NCBI RefSeq assembly: GCF_009914755.1
Contig: NC_060939.1
Source: the human T2T-CHM13v2.0 reference genome, Homo sapiens
DNA length: 64,000 nucleotides
Reading direction: 5' to 3' (one strand)
Below, piece after piece: positions 13,444 through 26,969 of the stretch. A program made the translations under genes and the position numbers. The notes below the pieces were generated by a model. That model was not told where the DNA came from. It saw only the letters and a program-made list of their open reading frames with translations, and did no database searches. Numbering within the stretch: the first letter of the stretch is position 1; each line of letters begins with the position of its first letter.

Positions 13444-13919
13444 GTGTGTAGAGAGCAGTGTTAGACCTCTGATCTAGCTCTGAGCCACACCACACACACA
13501 CTACTGCATAATATCATACACTTCTAGGGCTGTGTGTCTCACTGCTAGTAAGACTAAACCCTCCAAAGCCAAATTACATGAATGTGTATCTCCCATTGCT
13601 CCTAGTAAATACTGTTTAAAGTACTGTATTGAGCACGGTAATTAGCTTTTACTAGAACTACTTGAATTTCATCTTTTTGAAGAACTGCAGCAATATGAGA
13701 AATGACCACAAGAGGACAGTAGAGAAACATCAATAAAGTTCAACTTTACCTCAAGGATTGGGCAGGCACAAGCCATGGTCTCCACTCAAGAAGCTGCTCC
13801 TCAGCAGGGAGAAGTGTGGGTCTCTGCAAGAGATCAGGTTGTGGGAATTTCGGGGCCAGTCAACATATCACAGAGTGTCATGGACTTTGAGCTGTTGAAA
13901 ACCATCTAGTTCAACCTCC

Positions 13920-14098
13920 TCAGCCCCAGCCAGCATCTATCTGGACTGCAATTTCTTGAGACACCCTGAGCCAGAATCACCCCGCTAAATCTCTCTTAAA
14001 TTCCTGATCCATTGAGATGGTGATAAGCAGTGTTTGCAGTCGTGAAGTGCCAAAAAATTTTGAGATAATTCGTTATGCAGCAAAAGATCACTAATACA
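13920..14098 (+). mobile_element. MLT1 (E/F-like) LTR 3' fragment
   Basis: CAGCCCCAGCC...CCCTGAGCCAGAATCACCC...TTATGCAGCAAAAGATCACTAATACA. Confidence 0.7.
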
Positions 14099-14427
14099 CC
14101 TGGCGTGTAGTCAACAGTTAATGAATGTTAGCCATAATTGTTATTCAGGACTATTAAATGCAAGGAGGTTATTTTTCCGGCATTTTCTCATTATGTCAAT
14201 TATGATGTAACTTGGAAGTGGTATCATGGATGCATTCATTCATTAATTTTCCAATAAGCCAAACTACTGCCCAGAATGACATCAATAAGAAAAATACATC
14301 ATTCCTTCATGTATCCATTCACTAATTCATACATCCATTCACTTATCAAGTATGAATTGTGACAGAGGTACTAGCTTAAGGTAGAGTGTGGCCAATTGAG
14401 TGAGAGGGGTCAGATAAAAGGTAATTT

Positions 14428-14733
14428 GCTGGGCATAGTGATTCATGCCTGCAATCCCAGCACTTTGGGAGGCCAAGGCAGGAGGATCACTTGCATGCAG
14501 GCATTTGAGACCAGTCTGGGCAACATACTGAGGCCCCATCTCTACAAAATAATAGAAAATTAGCTGGGTGTGGTGCTGTGTACCTGTAGTCACAGCTACT
14601 TGGGAGGGTGAGGTGGGAGGATTGCTTCAGCCTGGGAGACAGGGGCTTCAGTGAGCTGCGATCATGCCACTGCATTCAGCCTGAGTGACACAGCAGCAAG
14701 ACCCTGTCTCAAAAAAAAAAAAAAAAAAAAAAA
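14428..14733 (+). mobile_element. AluJ
   Basis: Dimer with GGAGGATCACTTG/GGAGGATTGCTT J-type features; poly-A tail. Confidence 0.9.
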
Positions 14734-14739
14734 GGTGAA

Positions 14740-15130
14740 GAAAGAAAGCCAGCAGGGAAGAAAGACAGCAGATGATGGAAGGAAGCATGAGCAGAGGCAC
14801 AGAGTTTCATGTGGTCTTGAGTACTCAGGGGAGGCAAGGACTTAGGCTGGGCTGGACCATAGGAAGAGAAGGTAAGATGGGAATAGGTATATGTAAAGAT
14901 GGAGAGGATGCAAGGGCCAGCAAAGGAGCCTTACCATAATATAAAGATTGCCATAATATACTACAAATCCCATAAGAGGGAGCTTGAGCTTCATCCTTTG
15001 ACAGGTTTTAGGTAGGCGAGCCCATGGCCAGGCGTAGGTTTTTAGATCACCGTGGCTGCTGTTAGCGAGGCAGATGGAGAAGAGAGACTGCTCTGCGAGT
15101 TGCTGAACAGCTGCCAAGCCCAGTAGGCTG
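14740..15130 (-). mobile_element. L2 fragment
   Basis: GCAGAGGCACAGAG...TTTTAGATCACCGTGGCTGC; degenerate. Confidence 0.55.
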
Positions 15131-15285
15131 CGGAACAGAAAAGTTTACAGGAATTCGTTTATTCCCCTTCCCTGTGCCATAAGAAAAATTCCTACTTCAC
15201 TGGAGTGTGGGCTCATCCCCAAGCAGGAAGAATTCACTTCTTGCAGAGATGAGGGATCAAAAGGAAGGACCGCATGATCTCTTTC

Positions 15286-15494
15286 GGCGGTTTCAACTAC
15301 CAGTGATTTTGCCCCTGAGGAGACATTTGACAATGTCTGGAGATATTTTTAGCTGTCACAACTGGGGAGGAGGAGGCGCTTACTGGGTAGAGTCCAGGGA
15401 TGCTGCTGAACATCCTGCAAGGCACAGGACAGCCCTCCACTGATGAAGAAGTATACGACCCAGAGTGTCATCAGTGCTAGGCTGAGAAACCTTG
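15286..15494 (+). mobile_element. MER20 (hAT-Charlie non-autonomous DNA transposon)
   Basis: GATTTTGCCCCTGAGGAGACATTTGACAATGTCTGGAGA...GATGCTGCTGAACATCCTGCAA...TGAGAAACCTTG. Confidence 0.9.
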
Positions 15495-15499
15495 GTTGG

Positions 15500-16250
15500 T
15501 ACAAAAATGTGACAAAATAAAAATGACACATAAAAACACATTAAAGATGAGAAAAACTAAAAAACGTGGATGGGGGCAGATGAAAATTATGACTAAATAT
15601 GTCATTATCAGTTTAAGAAATAAGTAATTGTCGTTACAAAACAAGAGTTTGAAGCAGAGATATAAGCAATAAAGATAGGATAAAAGATCTTACATCAACC
15701 ATATCTGACATATAGATAAGGAAAATGATACTCATCTATCAGAAGAGAAAATGTTGGATCACAAAGCAAAACCCAATTTTATGTTGTATGCAACATAAAC
15801 AAGATGTTGTATACAAGAAACACAATTAAGACCAAGTTGTCCAGCAAATTTGAAGAAGGGTTGGCAAAGATATACTATGTGAACAGAAAGAAAAATAAAG
15901 CAGTGTCACAACTTTTATATCAAAAAAGGTTAATCTCTGCTTCATACTTTATGCTAAAATAACTTCCAGGTAGATAAAAATTGTAAACATTACAAAGAAA
16001 AAAAATTTAAATGCTAGAGGAAAATCTTTGAAAATAATATTATTTACCTTAAGGGAGTCCTTTGAAGTACAATATCATAAAAGAAGTTGATAAATCTAAC
16101 TACCTAGAATCTAAAATTGTTGCATGGTAAAGCATGCACACAAACACACACATATACACTGTATAAACAAAACCAAAAGACAAAAGGCAAACTGAGGAAA
16201 AACTCATATTACAACTCATATCACAGAAGATTAGTCATCTTAATTAATTA
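15500..16250 (+). mobile_element. Old L1M fragments
   Basis: A-rich L1-like sequence (AAACCCAATTTTATGTTGT...GGCAAAGATATAC); approximate boundaries. Confidence 0.55.
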
Positions 16251-16254
16251 AGTA

Positions 16255-18530
16255 GTTAATAACCATTTGTTAAGTGTCTGTGTTACACTGGGCCCTGCTT
16301 AGCACTGGGGAGATAATAACATAAAACACAAAGTTCCTGCCTTTGTGAAACTTACATCTCATGGAACAGCCAGACAATAAACAGATAAAGTAGTAAATGT
16401 ATGTAATATTAGGTACTGATAAGTGCTATAAAGACAAAGTTAGGTGTGGGTATAAAGAGTGAGATGGAGTGAGAATAGGTATTACTGAGATTGGGTAGTA
16501 AGGAAGGTCTCATCGATGAGATTTTGTTTGAGCAGGGGACATTTCAGCTAGGAGAAAGAGCAATTGCAAAGGTCTGGAGATGGAAATATAAGGGTTTGTT
16601 TGAGGAACAGCATGGAGATAAGAATTGGTGTGGCAGTGAGAAAGGGGTATAGTGGTTAAAAAGTGAAGTTCAAGGTACCCAGGAGCCAGCTCACAGAAAG
16701 CTTTCAGGCCATGATGGGACGGTGCATACAACCTCCATCACCAAGACACTCTGTCCATCACTACAGAGATCTCTTCCATGCCAGTCCTTTATACTCACAC
16801 GCACTGCCCTCCCTTCTACCACCCTTGGTGCCTGTTAACAACTAATCTGTTCTCCATCTGCGTACCTTTGTCACTTTGAAGATGTCACGTAGATGGAATC
16901 ATGCAACATGTGGCCTGTTGAGATCATCTGTCTTCGCTCAGCATAATATATGCTCTTTCATTTTATTTCTGAGTAGTATTTTATGCTATGGATGTATCAC
17001 ATTTTATTTAGACATCCATACACTGAAAGATATTTGGGTTGTTTCTGATTTTCACTATTACAAATCGGGCTTCTATGAATCTTCAAATTTGTGTTGATTT
17101 ATATTTCAAAGGGTCACTATGGCTGCTTTGTGGGTAGTAGACTGCAGGGGTAAGAGTGGATGCAGGGAGTGAGGAGCTACTGCCATAGTCCAGGCAGACA
17201 TGACAATGGATTCAACCAACTGGAGAGGTGAAGGATGTGGGACAGGCTCTTGGGTTGAATATGAGGCACAAAAGAAAGAAAGGAGTCAATGACAACTTTG
17301 TGAATTTGAACTACCAGGTGAAAGGTAGTCTCATTTACTGAGATGAGCCTGACTGTGGGAAGGAGAGTTTGGGGATGGAGTTTTGGTGGAGGCAGATCTA
17401 GCACTCTGTTTTGGCCATGTTAAGTTGGAGATCGCTATTAGAGGTCCTGCAGAGATAGCAATTCAACAGCCATATGAGTCTGGAATTCAGAGTGTAGGTT
17501 GGGCTGGAGAGAAAACTTTGAGATTCCATAAATATGTAGATAGAAGGTGAAATAAAAACACTCGGCCTACGTAGGTCACCAAGTAAATAAAGACAGAAAA
17601 GCAGGTCTAGATCCCATGGGCCTCCAACTTATAGAAGTTGAGAAGAAGAGAAGGTCAAATAGAAAGTGAGAGGGAGCAGCTGGAAAGACAGAAGGAACCC
17701 CCCAGAGTGTGGTGGCCCACAAGGCACCAGAAGATGCCTTTTCAGGAGTGAGGAGTGAGCCTCGGTGTCAAATGCTGCTGCTGAGAGCTGGTGTTGGCGT
17801 CCTAGGATTGCTGTAACAAATGACCACAAACTGGGAAGCTTAAAACAACATAATTTTTTCCTCTCACAGCTTTGGAAACCATAATTCTAAAGTCAAGGTA
17901 TTGGCAGGGTTGGCTCCTTCCAGATGCTCTGGGGAAGAGCTCATTCCATGTCTCTCTCCAGGATTCTGGTGGCCCCAGGCTAGGATACATGACTAGGTTC
18001 CATGACACACCACCAAACCCCCAACTCCATTTCACATGGTGGTTTCTTGGTCTCTCTCTCTTTTCTCTTATAAGGATTTGTCATTGGATTTAGGGTCCTC
18101 TAATGCAGGATGACATTATTTTGAGATCCTTACTTTAATTACATCTGCAGAAAACCCTTTTTCTTTTAAGGTCACATTCCCAGGTTCCAGGAAGACATGA
18201 ATTTGGGGGAACCTCATTCAACCCAGAGGGCCAGCAAGAAGAGAACTGGTAACTGAACTTTGGATCTGGCAAGGTCGAGGTCGTTGGTGACTTAACAAGA
18301 GTAATTTGTACGAAACACTGGAGGCAAAGACTTCACTGTAGTGAGCCCAGTGAGATGAGGCAGTGTGAAAGGGAGACAATGTTTTATAGGAGTTTAACTT
18401 TAAAGCTTTGCTGTGTTTGAGCAGTAGCCGGAAGGAGATGTGGAAGAGACTGTTTTTGTTTTATAATTTGAGAGACAGAGCAGCATATGGGAATTTAATG
18501 GAAATGCTCACAGAAAGAGAGAAAACAGGG
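16255..18530 (-). mobile_element. L2 element interrupted by an L1ME 3' fragment (about 16720-17095) and MLT1C
   Basis: TGGGCCCTGCTTAGCACTGGGGA, GTCTCATTTACTGAGATG, GTGTCAAATGCTGCTG, GAGGTCGTTGGTGAC motifs of reverse L2. Confidence 0.75.
17792..18225 (-). mobile_element. MLT1C-like MaLR solo LTR
   Basis: GCTGTAACAAATGACCACAAACTGG...TAATTACATCTGCAG...ATGAATTTGGGGGA. Confidence 0.8.
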
Positions 18531-18644
18531 GGACAATGAAAGACATATAAATATAGAGAGCTACCAATCAGGAAGAAGAGGACCACCAACTCAATAGAAA
18601 GACTGGGCCAAAGATCCAGACAGGGAAGAAAAATAGAAAGCTCT

Positions 18645-21420
18645 TTTTAAAAATTTATTTACTTTATTTTTTATTAACTTTTAAGTTCAGGTGTACATGT
18701 GCAGGTTTGTTACATAGGTACACTGGTGTCATGGGGGTTTGTTGTACAGATTATTTCATCACCCAGATATTAAGCCTAGTACCCATTAGTTATTTTTCCT
18801 GATCCTCTCCCTTCCCACCCTTCACCCTCTGATAGGCCATAGTGTGTTGTTCCCCTTTATGTGTCCATGTGTTCTCATCATTTAGCTCTCACTTATAAGT
18901 GAGAACATGCAGTATTTGGTTTTCTGTTTCTGCATTAGTTTGCTAAGGATAATGACCTCCAGCTCCATCCGTGTTCCTGCAAATGACATGATCTTGGTCT
19001 TTTTCTGGCTGCATAGTATTCCATGGTTTATATGTACCACATTTTCTTTATCCAGTCTATTATTGGTGGGCATTTAGGTTGTTGATTCCATGTCTTTGCT
19101 ATTGTGAGTAGTGCTGCAATGAATATACACATACATGTGTCTTTATAACGAAACAATTTATATTCCTTTGGGTATATGCCCAGTAGTGGGATTGCTGGGT
19201 CAAATAATATTTCTGCTTATAGGTCTTTGAGGAATCATCACACTGTCTTCCACAATGGTTGAACTAATTTACATTCCCACCACCAGTGTATAAGCATTCC
19301 TTTTTCTCCACAACCTCACTAGCATCTGTTATTTTTTCCCTTTTACTAATAGCCATTCTGACTGGTGTAAGATGACATCTTCTCATGGTTTTGATTTGCA
19401 TTTCTGTAATCATCAGTGATGTTGAGCTCTTTTTTATAAGATTGTTGGCCACGTGTATGCCTTCTTTTGAAAAGTATCTGTTTATGTCATTTTCCCGCTT
19501 CTTAATGGAGTTGTTTGTATTTTTTCTTGTAAATTTGTTTAAGTTCTTTATAGATGCTGGAGTTAGACCTTTGTCAGATGCATAGTTTGCAAAAATTTTC
19601 TCCCATTCTGTAGGTTGGCTCTTCACTCTGTTGATAGTTTCCTCTGCTGTGCAGAAGCTCTTTAGTTTAATTAGATCCCATTTGTCAGTTTTTGCTTTTG
19701 TTACAATTGCTTTTGGTGTCTTTGTCATGAAGTTTTGCCTGTTCCTATGTCCAGAATGGTATTGCCTAGGTTGTCTTCTAGGGTTTTGATATGGTTAGAC
19801 TTTGTGTCCCCACCCAAATCTCATTTTAAATTGTAGATCCCATAATTCCCATGTGTCGTGGGAGGGACCAGGTGGAGATAATTGAATCATGGGGGCTATT
19901 CCCACCATCCTGTTCTCATGACAGTGAATAAGTCTCACAAGATCTGATGGTTTTATAAAGGGCAGTACCCCTGCACATGCTCTCTTACCTGCCACCATAT
20001 ATATGTGCCTTTGCTCCTCTTTCACCTTCCACCATGATTGTGAGGCCTCCTGAGCCATGGGAACTGTGAGTTCATTAAACCTCTTTTTCTTTATAAATTA
20101 CCCAGTCTTGAGTACATCCTTATTAGCAGCATGAGAACAAACTAATCAGGTTTTTATAGTTTTGGGTTTTCCATTTAAGTCTTTATTCCATCTTGAATTG
20201 ATTTTTGTATATGGTGTAAGGAAGGGGTCCAGTTTCAATCTCCTGCCTATGGCTAGCGAATTCTCCCAGCACCATTTATTGAATGGGGAATCCTTTCCTC
20301 ATTGCTTGTTTTTATCAGGTTTGTAGAAGACCTGATAGTTGTATGTGTGTGGCCTTACTTGAAACATCATCAATAATGAGCTCTGAAATTGAGCCAGTAA
20401 TAAATAGCCTACTAACCAAAAAAGCCCAGGACCAGAAGTATTCCACAGCTGAATTCTACCAGATGTACAAAGACGATCTGGTAGCATTTCTGCTAAAACT
20501 ACTCCAAAAAATTAAGGAGGAGGGACTCCTTCCTAATTCATTCTGAGGCCAACATCATCCTGATACCAAAACACGGCAGAGACACAACAGATAAAGAAAA
20601 CTTCAGGTCAATTTCCTAGATGAACATCAGTGCAAAAATCCTCAACAAAATACTGGCAAACTGAATCCAGCAGCACATCAAAAAGCTTACCCACCATGAT
20701 CAAGTAGGCTTTACCCCTAGGATGCAAGGTTTGTTCAACATATGCAAATCAATAAACATGATTCATTACATAAACAGAACTAAAGACAAAAAACCCACAT
20801 GATTATCTCAAGAGATGCAGAAAAGGCTTTCAATAAAATTCAACACTGCTTCATGTTAAAAACTCTTAGTAAACTAGGTATTGAAGGAAAATACCTCAAA
20901 ATAATAAGAGCCATCTATGACAAACCCACAGCCAACATTATACTTAATGGGCAGAAGATGGAAGGATTCTTTGTGAAAACTGGCACAAGACGAGGCTGCC
21001 CTCTGTCACCACTCCTATTCAACATTGTATTGGAAGTCACGGCCAGGGCAATCAGGCAAGGGAAAGAAATAAAGTGCATCCAAATAAGAAGGGAGGAAGT
21101 CAAACTATCCTTGTTTGCAGATGACATGATACTATATCTAAACATCCCCATAGTCTCACCTCAAAAGCCCCTTATACTAATAAAGAACTTCAGCGTAGTC
21201 TCAGCATACAAAATCAATGTGCAAAAATTACTAACATTCTTATACGCCAACAACAGTCAAGCTGAGAGGCAAATCCAGGAATGCAGTCTCATTCACAGTT
21301 GCCACAAAAAGAATAAATACCTAGGAATACAGCTAGCCAGGGAGGTAAAAGATCTCTACAAGGATAACTACAAAACACTGCTCAAAAAAATCAGAGATGA
21401 CACAGAAAAAGGGAAAAAAC
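18645..21420 (-). mobile_element. L1PA (about PA13-like), 5'-truncated with 5' inversion
   Basis: Reverse 3' UTR and ORF2 at 18645-20360; plus-strand ORF2 RT segment at 20361-21420 (ORF 20799-21470 with GCPLSPLLF and FADD). Confidence 0.92.
19787..20148 (+). mobile_element. THE1 (THE1C-like) solo LTR nested in L1PA
   Basis: TGATATGGTT...ACTAATCA; 5-bp TSD GGTTT at 19782-19786 and 20149-20153. Confidence 0.92.
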
Positions 21421-21574
21421 TCTTATACCCAAAAAAGCGTATCATTTTGAAAGTTAACAAAAATAGCTGATTTTACCCAGATCAAAATGTTTGAAAAAAC
21501 ACTAGATTGTCCAAAGTGTGGAGAATGATGCCCAGTCATAGATTGCTTGTGGGAAATTAAGATGATAAGAGCTC

Positions 21575-21770
21575 TATAATAAAAATGAGACCTAACAATT
21601 ATTAAGCACTTACCCTGTTGCCAGGCAATATTTTCAATGAGTTACATGCATTAAATCATTAACCCTCACTCTAACCCCTGAAGAAGGCACAATGCCCTCT
21701 GAAGAAACTTGCCGGTTAAGTCACTTGCCTAACACAGATGACAGGTCACTTGTCACACAGATGGTGGCCT
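21575..21770 (-). mobile_element. MIR SINE
   Basis: TATTAAGCACTTAC...CCAGGCA...GGTTAAGTCACTTGCC. Confidence 0.7.
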
Positions 21771-22175
21771 GCAGCACCCTTCAAAGGGCAAAATGGTGAC
21801 ACTTATCAATGTGAAAACGTATATACTTTTTAAGCCAGCAATTCTAGGAATTTTTCTTATTGCTACATGTTCATGCTTGTCAAATATATGTATATAAAGA
21901 TAGTCACTACCCTGTTGTTTGCAATAGTAAAAAACCGAAAGTGAATTTACACATAAGAATGCTGATGGAAATGCTCATATAGGGAGACAAATCAATGGAA
22001 ACCTCATTAGCAAACAATGGTATATTTCAACAATGAAATTTTAAGCAGCTATTACTAAAAATTAGATAGTGCTCTGTGTAATGGAAGAAATCAATCTCCA
22101 AAATACACTGTTAGGTGAAAAACAAAAGGTGCATACCATAATGTATGGAATTCTCCCTTTTGGGTAGAAAGTATA

Positions 22176-22868
<693 letters not shown>

Positions 22869-23179
22869 AAAGTATAAGATACTTTTTTATCATCTCTGGT
22901 AATGGAGATTGCATCTGGGAAGAGAAACTGGGTAGTTGGAAGACAGGCTGTGGGTGGAGATTTACATCTCATTCATGTCCCTCTTTTTCTTGTGAATTTT
23001 GAACCACCTGTGTGTTACATTATGCAGTAAAAAAACAAATAAGATTTAATTTAATTATCCTATTCGTCTCTTCCTAAAAACCTACCACTACTGCCATAAC
23101 TGCAACCCTCCCTAGGCCTCTGTCATATTCAGAATGCTTCTTCTGGGCACACAAAAGGACATGCATGTATCACATGTTC

Positions 23180-23735
23180 TGATCCTTTTCTGACTCATTG
23201 TCTCCTCCCAGCTCCCCAGCTGCCTCCCTGCTCCAGCCGCCTGGCTTCTTTCTGCTCCTAGAACAAGCCGCACTCATCCTTCCCTCAGGGCCAGGGCAAC
23301 AGCTGTTCTTCCGCCTAGAAGGCTCTATCTGATTTTTCAGTGGCTCCATCTTTCAACATCCTCCTATTGGATGACATTAATCCCTGTTTGAAACTCACCT
23401 TTCAGAAAGCTTCTCTGACCACTCATCCATAGATGCCACTCACTTACTCTGTATCCAGGATCCATTTTAATTCTCTGTTTTACATGTATCCCTCTCTATT
23501 TTCTTCCTGTTTGTTTTCTGTTTCCTTCCAGTAGAACATAAACTGCATCAGGATAAGTAGCTTGGCTATTGTGTTTGTGGCTGTATCCCAGTGCCTAGAG
23601 GAGTGGCCAGCACAGAGAAGGCTCAGTGAATATTTGTTGAAGGGCTGGGTTGAAGGATGAATAGATGGATAGATGGCTGTGCGGATGGATAGTTGGATAG
23701 ATAAATGGATGAATAGCTGGACGGTTAGATGGATT
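23180..23735 (+). mobile_element. L2 3' end with (GGAT)n-like tail
   Basis: TGTATCCCAGTGCCTAGA...GCTCAGTGAATATTTGTTGAA followed by GATGGATA repeats. Confidence 0.8.
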
Positions 23736-23740
23736 ATGAA

Positions 23741-24278
23741 TGTGTTAGGGTTCTCCAAAGGAACAGAAGTAACAGGATATATGTATATATGAAAGCGAGT
23801 TTATTAGGAGAATTGACTCACATAATCACAAGGTGAAGTCTCATGATAAGCCGTCTGCAAGCTGAGGAGCAAGGAAGCCAGTCTGAGTCCCAAAACCTCA
23901 AAAGTAGGGAAGCCAACAGTGCAGCCTTCAGTCTATGTCTGAAGGCCCAAGAGCCTCTGGCAAATCACTGGTGTAAGTTCAAGAGTCCAAAAGCTGAAGA
24001 ACTTGGGGTTTAATGTTTGAGGGCAGGAAGCATCCAGCATGGGAGAAAAATGAAGGCTCAGCAAGTCTGCTCTCTGTCCACCTTCTTCTGTCTGCTTTAT
24101 TCTAGCTGTGCTGGGAGCTGATTAAATGGTGCCCACCCAGGTTGAGGGTGGGTCTGCCTGTCCCAGTTCACAGACTCAAATGTTAATCTCCTTTGGCAAC
24201 ACCCTCACAGACACACCCAGGAACAATACTTTGCACCCTTCAATCCAGTCAAGTTGACACTCAATATTAACCATCACA
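23741..24278 (-). mobile_element. MLT2A (MLT2A2-like) HERV-L solo LTR
   Basis: Ends ...GTTGACACTCAATATTAACCATCACA; 5-bp TSD ATGAA at 23736-23740 and 24279-24283. Confidence 0.9.
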
Positions 24279-25056
24279 ATGAATGGGAGAATGGAGGACA
24301 CTGCTGAGGGAGAGCATGGCTGGCCAAAAAGCAAGAAGTCTGGGGAGTCAAAGTCAGACTTCACTGATCTCAGGTTTTGCTGTACATCAGCTCCCTTTGC
24401 CACCACCTCTCACCAGAAAAGCAGAAGCTGTGTTTAGAAATGTTTGATGGCACAGCAGGCACCTGGTCAAATTAGAAGAGATATGGGTTATGGTCTCTTT
24501 TGTCCACTCTGGCTGCTAACTTGCTGTGTGACAAGTGTGCTGTAAGCCACGTTTATTCCTCAATAAAATGAGGAGTCATGGCTAAGTGACCTCAATGTTA
24601 CTGTATTTATTGTCTAGTATTTAAAAAGTCCTATCATTCTTTAATAGTTGCCATCATGATAGGAGGCTCAATATTATTTTTAAGTCAAAATAACTTGACA
24701 TAATGACTACTAACTGGTCAGGTGACCATGGGCAAGCCACTTGTCTATTCTGGGCTTCAGTTTACTAGGCTGTGCTATGAGGATGTTGAACCAGAACTGA
24801 ATGATTTCCAAGAGTCTACGGCTCTGATATTCTGAGGCTTCTCAAGTTACTTTTGCCCAGATAAGTACATTCTCAGTTTATACACAAATCCATTACATGA
24901 TCAGTTTTATAATTAGTTGGCAGTACTGTTTCTGCTTGTTGAAAAGATGAAAAAACCTTTAATTACCAGCACATCCAAGTCAGTTCTTTTCCTCTTCTTT
25001 CACAATAAAATACTTTGTAAAATAAAACGGGAAAACTGATTTTTAAAAACCCACCT

Positions 25057-25740
25057 TTTTATGGCCATAATACAAAAATACAAAAATAATAGATGTTGGC
25101 GTGGATGTGGTCAAAAGGGAACACTTTTACACTATTGGTGGAAACGTAAACTAGTGCAACCACTATGGAAAGCAGTGTGGAAATTCCTTAAAGAACTATA
25201 AGTAGCACTACCATTTGATCCAGTAATCCTACTCTGGGGCATCTACCCATAGGAAAAGAAGTCATTATATGAAAAAGATACTTGCACAAACATGTTTATA
25301 GCAGCACAATTCACAATTGCAAAAATTTAGAACCAGCCCAAGTGCCTCTCAATCAACAAGTGGATAATGTGATATACGTATATGATGGAATTCTACTCAG
25401 CCATAAAAGGAACAAAATAATGGCATTTGCAGTAACGTGGATTGAATTGGAGACCATTATTCAAAGTGAAGTAGCTCAGGAATGGAAAATCAAACATTAT
25501 ATGTTCTTATTCATAAGTGGGAGCTAAGCTATGAGGACTCAAAGGCATAAGAATGATACAGTGGGCTTTGGGGACTCGGGGGGAAAGAGTAGGAGGGGGG
25601 TGAGGGGTAAAAACCTACCTATTGGGGACAGTGTACACTGCACGGGTGATGGGTGCACCAAAATATCAGAAATCACCACTAAAGAACTTATTCATGTAAC
25701 CAAACACCACCTGTTCCCCAAAAAGCTATTGAAAAGAAAC
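25057..25740 (+). mobile_element. L1PB 3' end (5'-truncated)
   Basis: CACCACTAAAGAACTTATTCATGTAACCAAACACCACCTGTTCCCC; TSD core ACCCACCT at 25049-25056 and 25741-25748. Confidence 0.9.
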
Positions 25741-26102
25741 ACCCACCTCTTTGCCACACAATTATTTGGCATAGACCATTGTTTCTGAACTTCCCTTGAC
25801 CTGGCTTCATCCCCAGAAGGCACCCATGAAAGGTCAGCATTTGAATCATGCTCTGGTCCCTGGTGAACATTCAAGCCTCTGAGCTCATGTCATGAGTCCA
25901 TGGCCATTTTTCAGAAGACAAACTGCCCAGCACCAGAATGTCAGGCGTCATGTGCTCAATCCCAAACAAGGATGTCAACAGGATTTCAGATGCATCAAAG
26001 CTGGGGAGAGCTAAGAGGATTTACTAATGTGACACATGCCTCTTAGAAACTGTGTTTTCTTCCTGCACTTAAGCCCCTAAAAGAAAATAAAATAGAAGTC
26101 TT

Positions 26103-26348
26103 AATTTTGAAAGACACAAAATTATCTTTCTTTGTGACTAAGATTTCTCAAAGCGGAAAACACAAGGTCATTAACTAAGAAAAAAAAAAAATATATATAT
26201 ATATATGTAACTGAATATATATATATATTTCACCCAACCTTTTATGGTACTCTTGCTAGTTCTAATAGATTTTTAGTTAATGATCTTGGGTTTTCCGCTT
26301 TGAGAAATCTTAGCCACAAATAAAGATAATTTTGTATCTTTCAAAATT
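26103..26348. repeat. 76-bp inverted repeat (arms 26103-26178 and 26273-26348) within an old L1 fragment
   Basis: Manual alignment gives 71/76 identity; 94-bp spacer containing an A run and (AT)n. Confidence 0.9.
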
Positions 26349-26755
26349 TTATATATATATATAAAATATACATATAAAATATACATATATAAAATATACA
26401 TATAATATATATAAAATATACATATAATATATATAAAATATATATAATATATATACATATATAATATATGTAATATATAATATATAAAATATATATAAAT
26501 TATATATTATGTTATATAAAATATATATTATATAAAATATATATATTTTATATATATTATGTATATAAAAATGTATATATAAAAATATATATTATATATA
26601 AAATATAAATGTATATAAAATATAAAATATATATATAATATATATAAAATATATAAAAAATATATAAAATATATAGAAATATATATACATAATATATAAA
26701 ATATATATAATATATATAAAATTTTGTGTCTTTCAAAAAATATGTATATATATAA
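26349..26755. repeat. AT-rich (TA)n/(TATAA)n low-complexity tract
   Basis: About 400 bp of almost pure A/T. Confidence 0.95.
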
Positions 26756-26926
26756 ATCAATATTTTCTTACAAACCAACAATAGCTAGTTAGAAAATTTA
26801 ATGGGGAAAAAAGGTCCCAATGACTATGGCAACAAAATTTTATATATTTTATAAATTTTATATATTTTCCCACTAGAGGGAAAAAGCTTTTTTAAATGTG
26901 CAGATTTTAACCACTGGGGGTTAAAA

Positions 26927-26928
<2 letters not shown>

Positions 26929-26966
<38 letters not shown>
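26929..26966. repeat. (CA)n microsatellite
   Basis: About 19 AC units. Confidence 0.95.

Positions 26967-26969
<3 letters not shown>

Noticed and set aside
13061-13501. Poly-His and Val/Met-rich ORFs
   Set aside because: They are translations of a (TGG/TGA)n simple repeat.
20799-21470. 223-aa ORF with reverse-transcriptase motifs (GCPLSP, FADD)
   Set aside because: It is a fragment of L1 ORF2 in the inverted part of a truncated L1PA, bounded by stops and frameshifts; not a gene or novel RT system.
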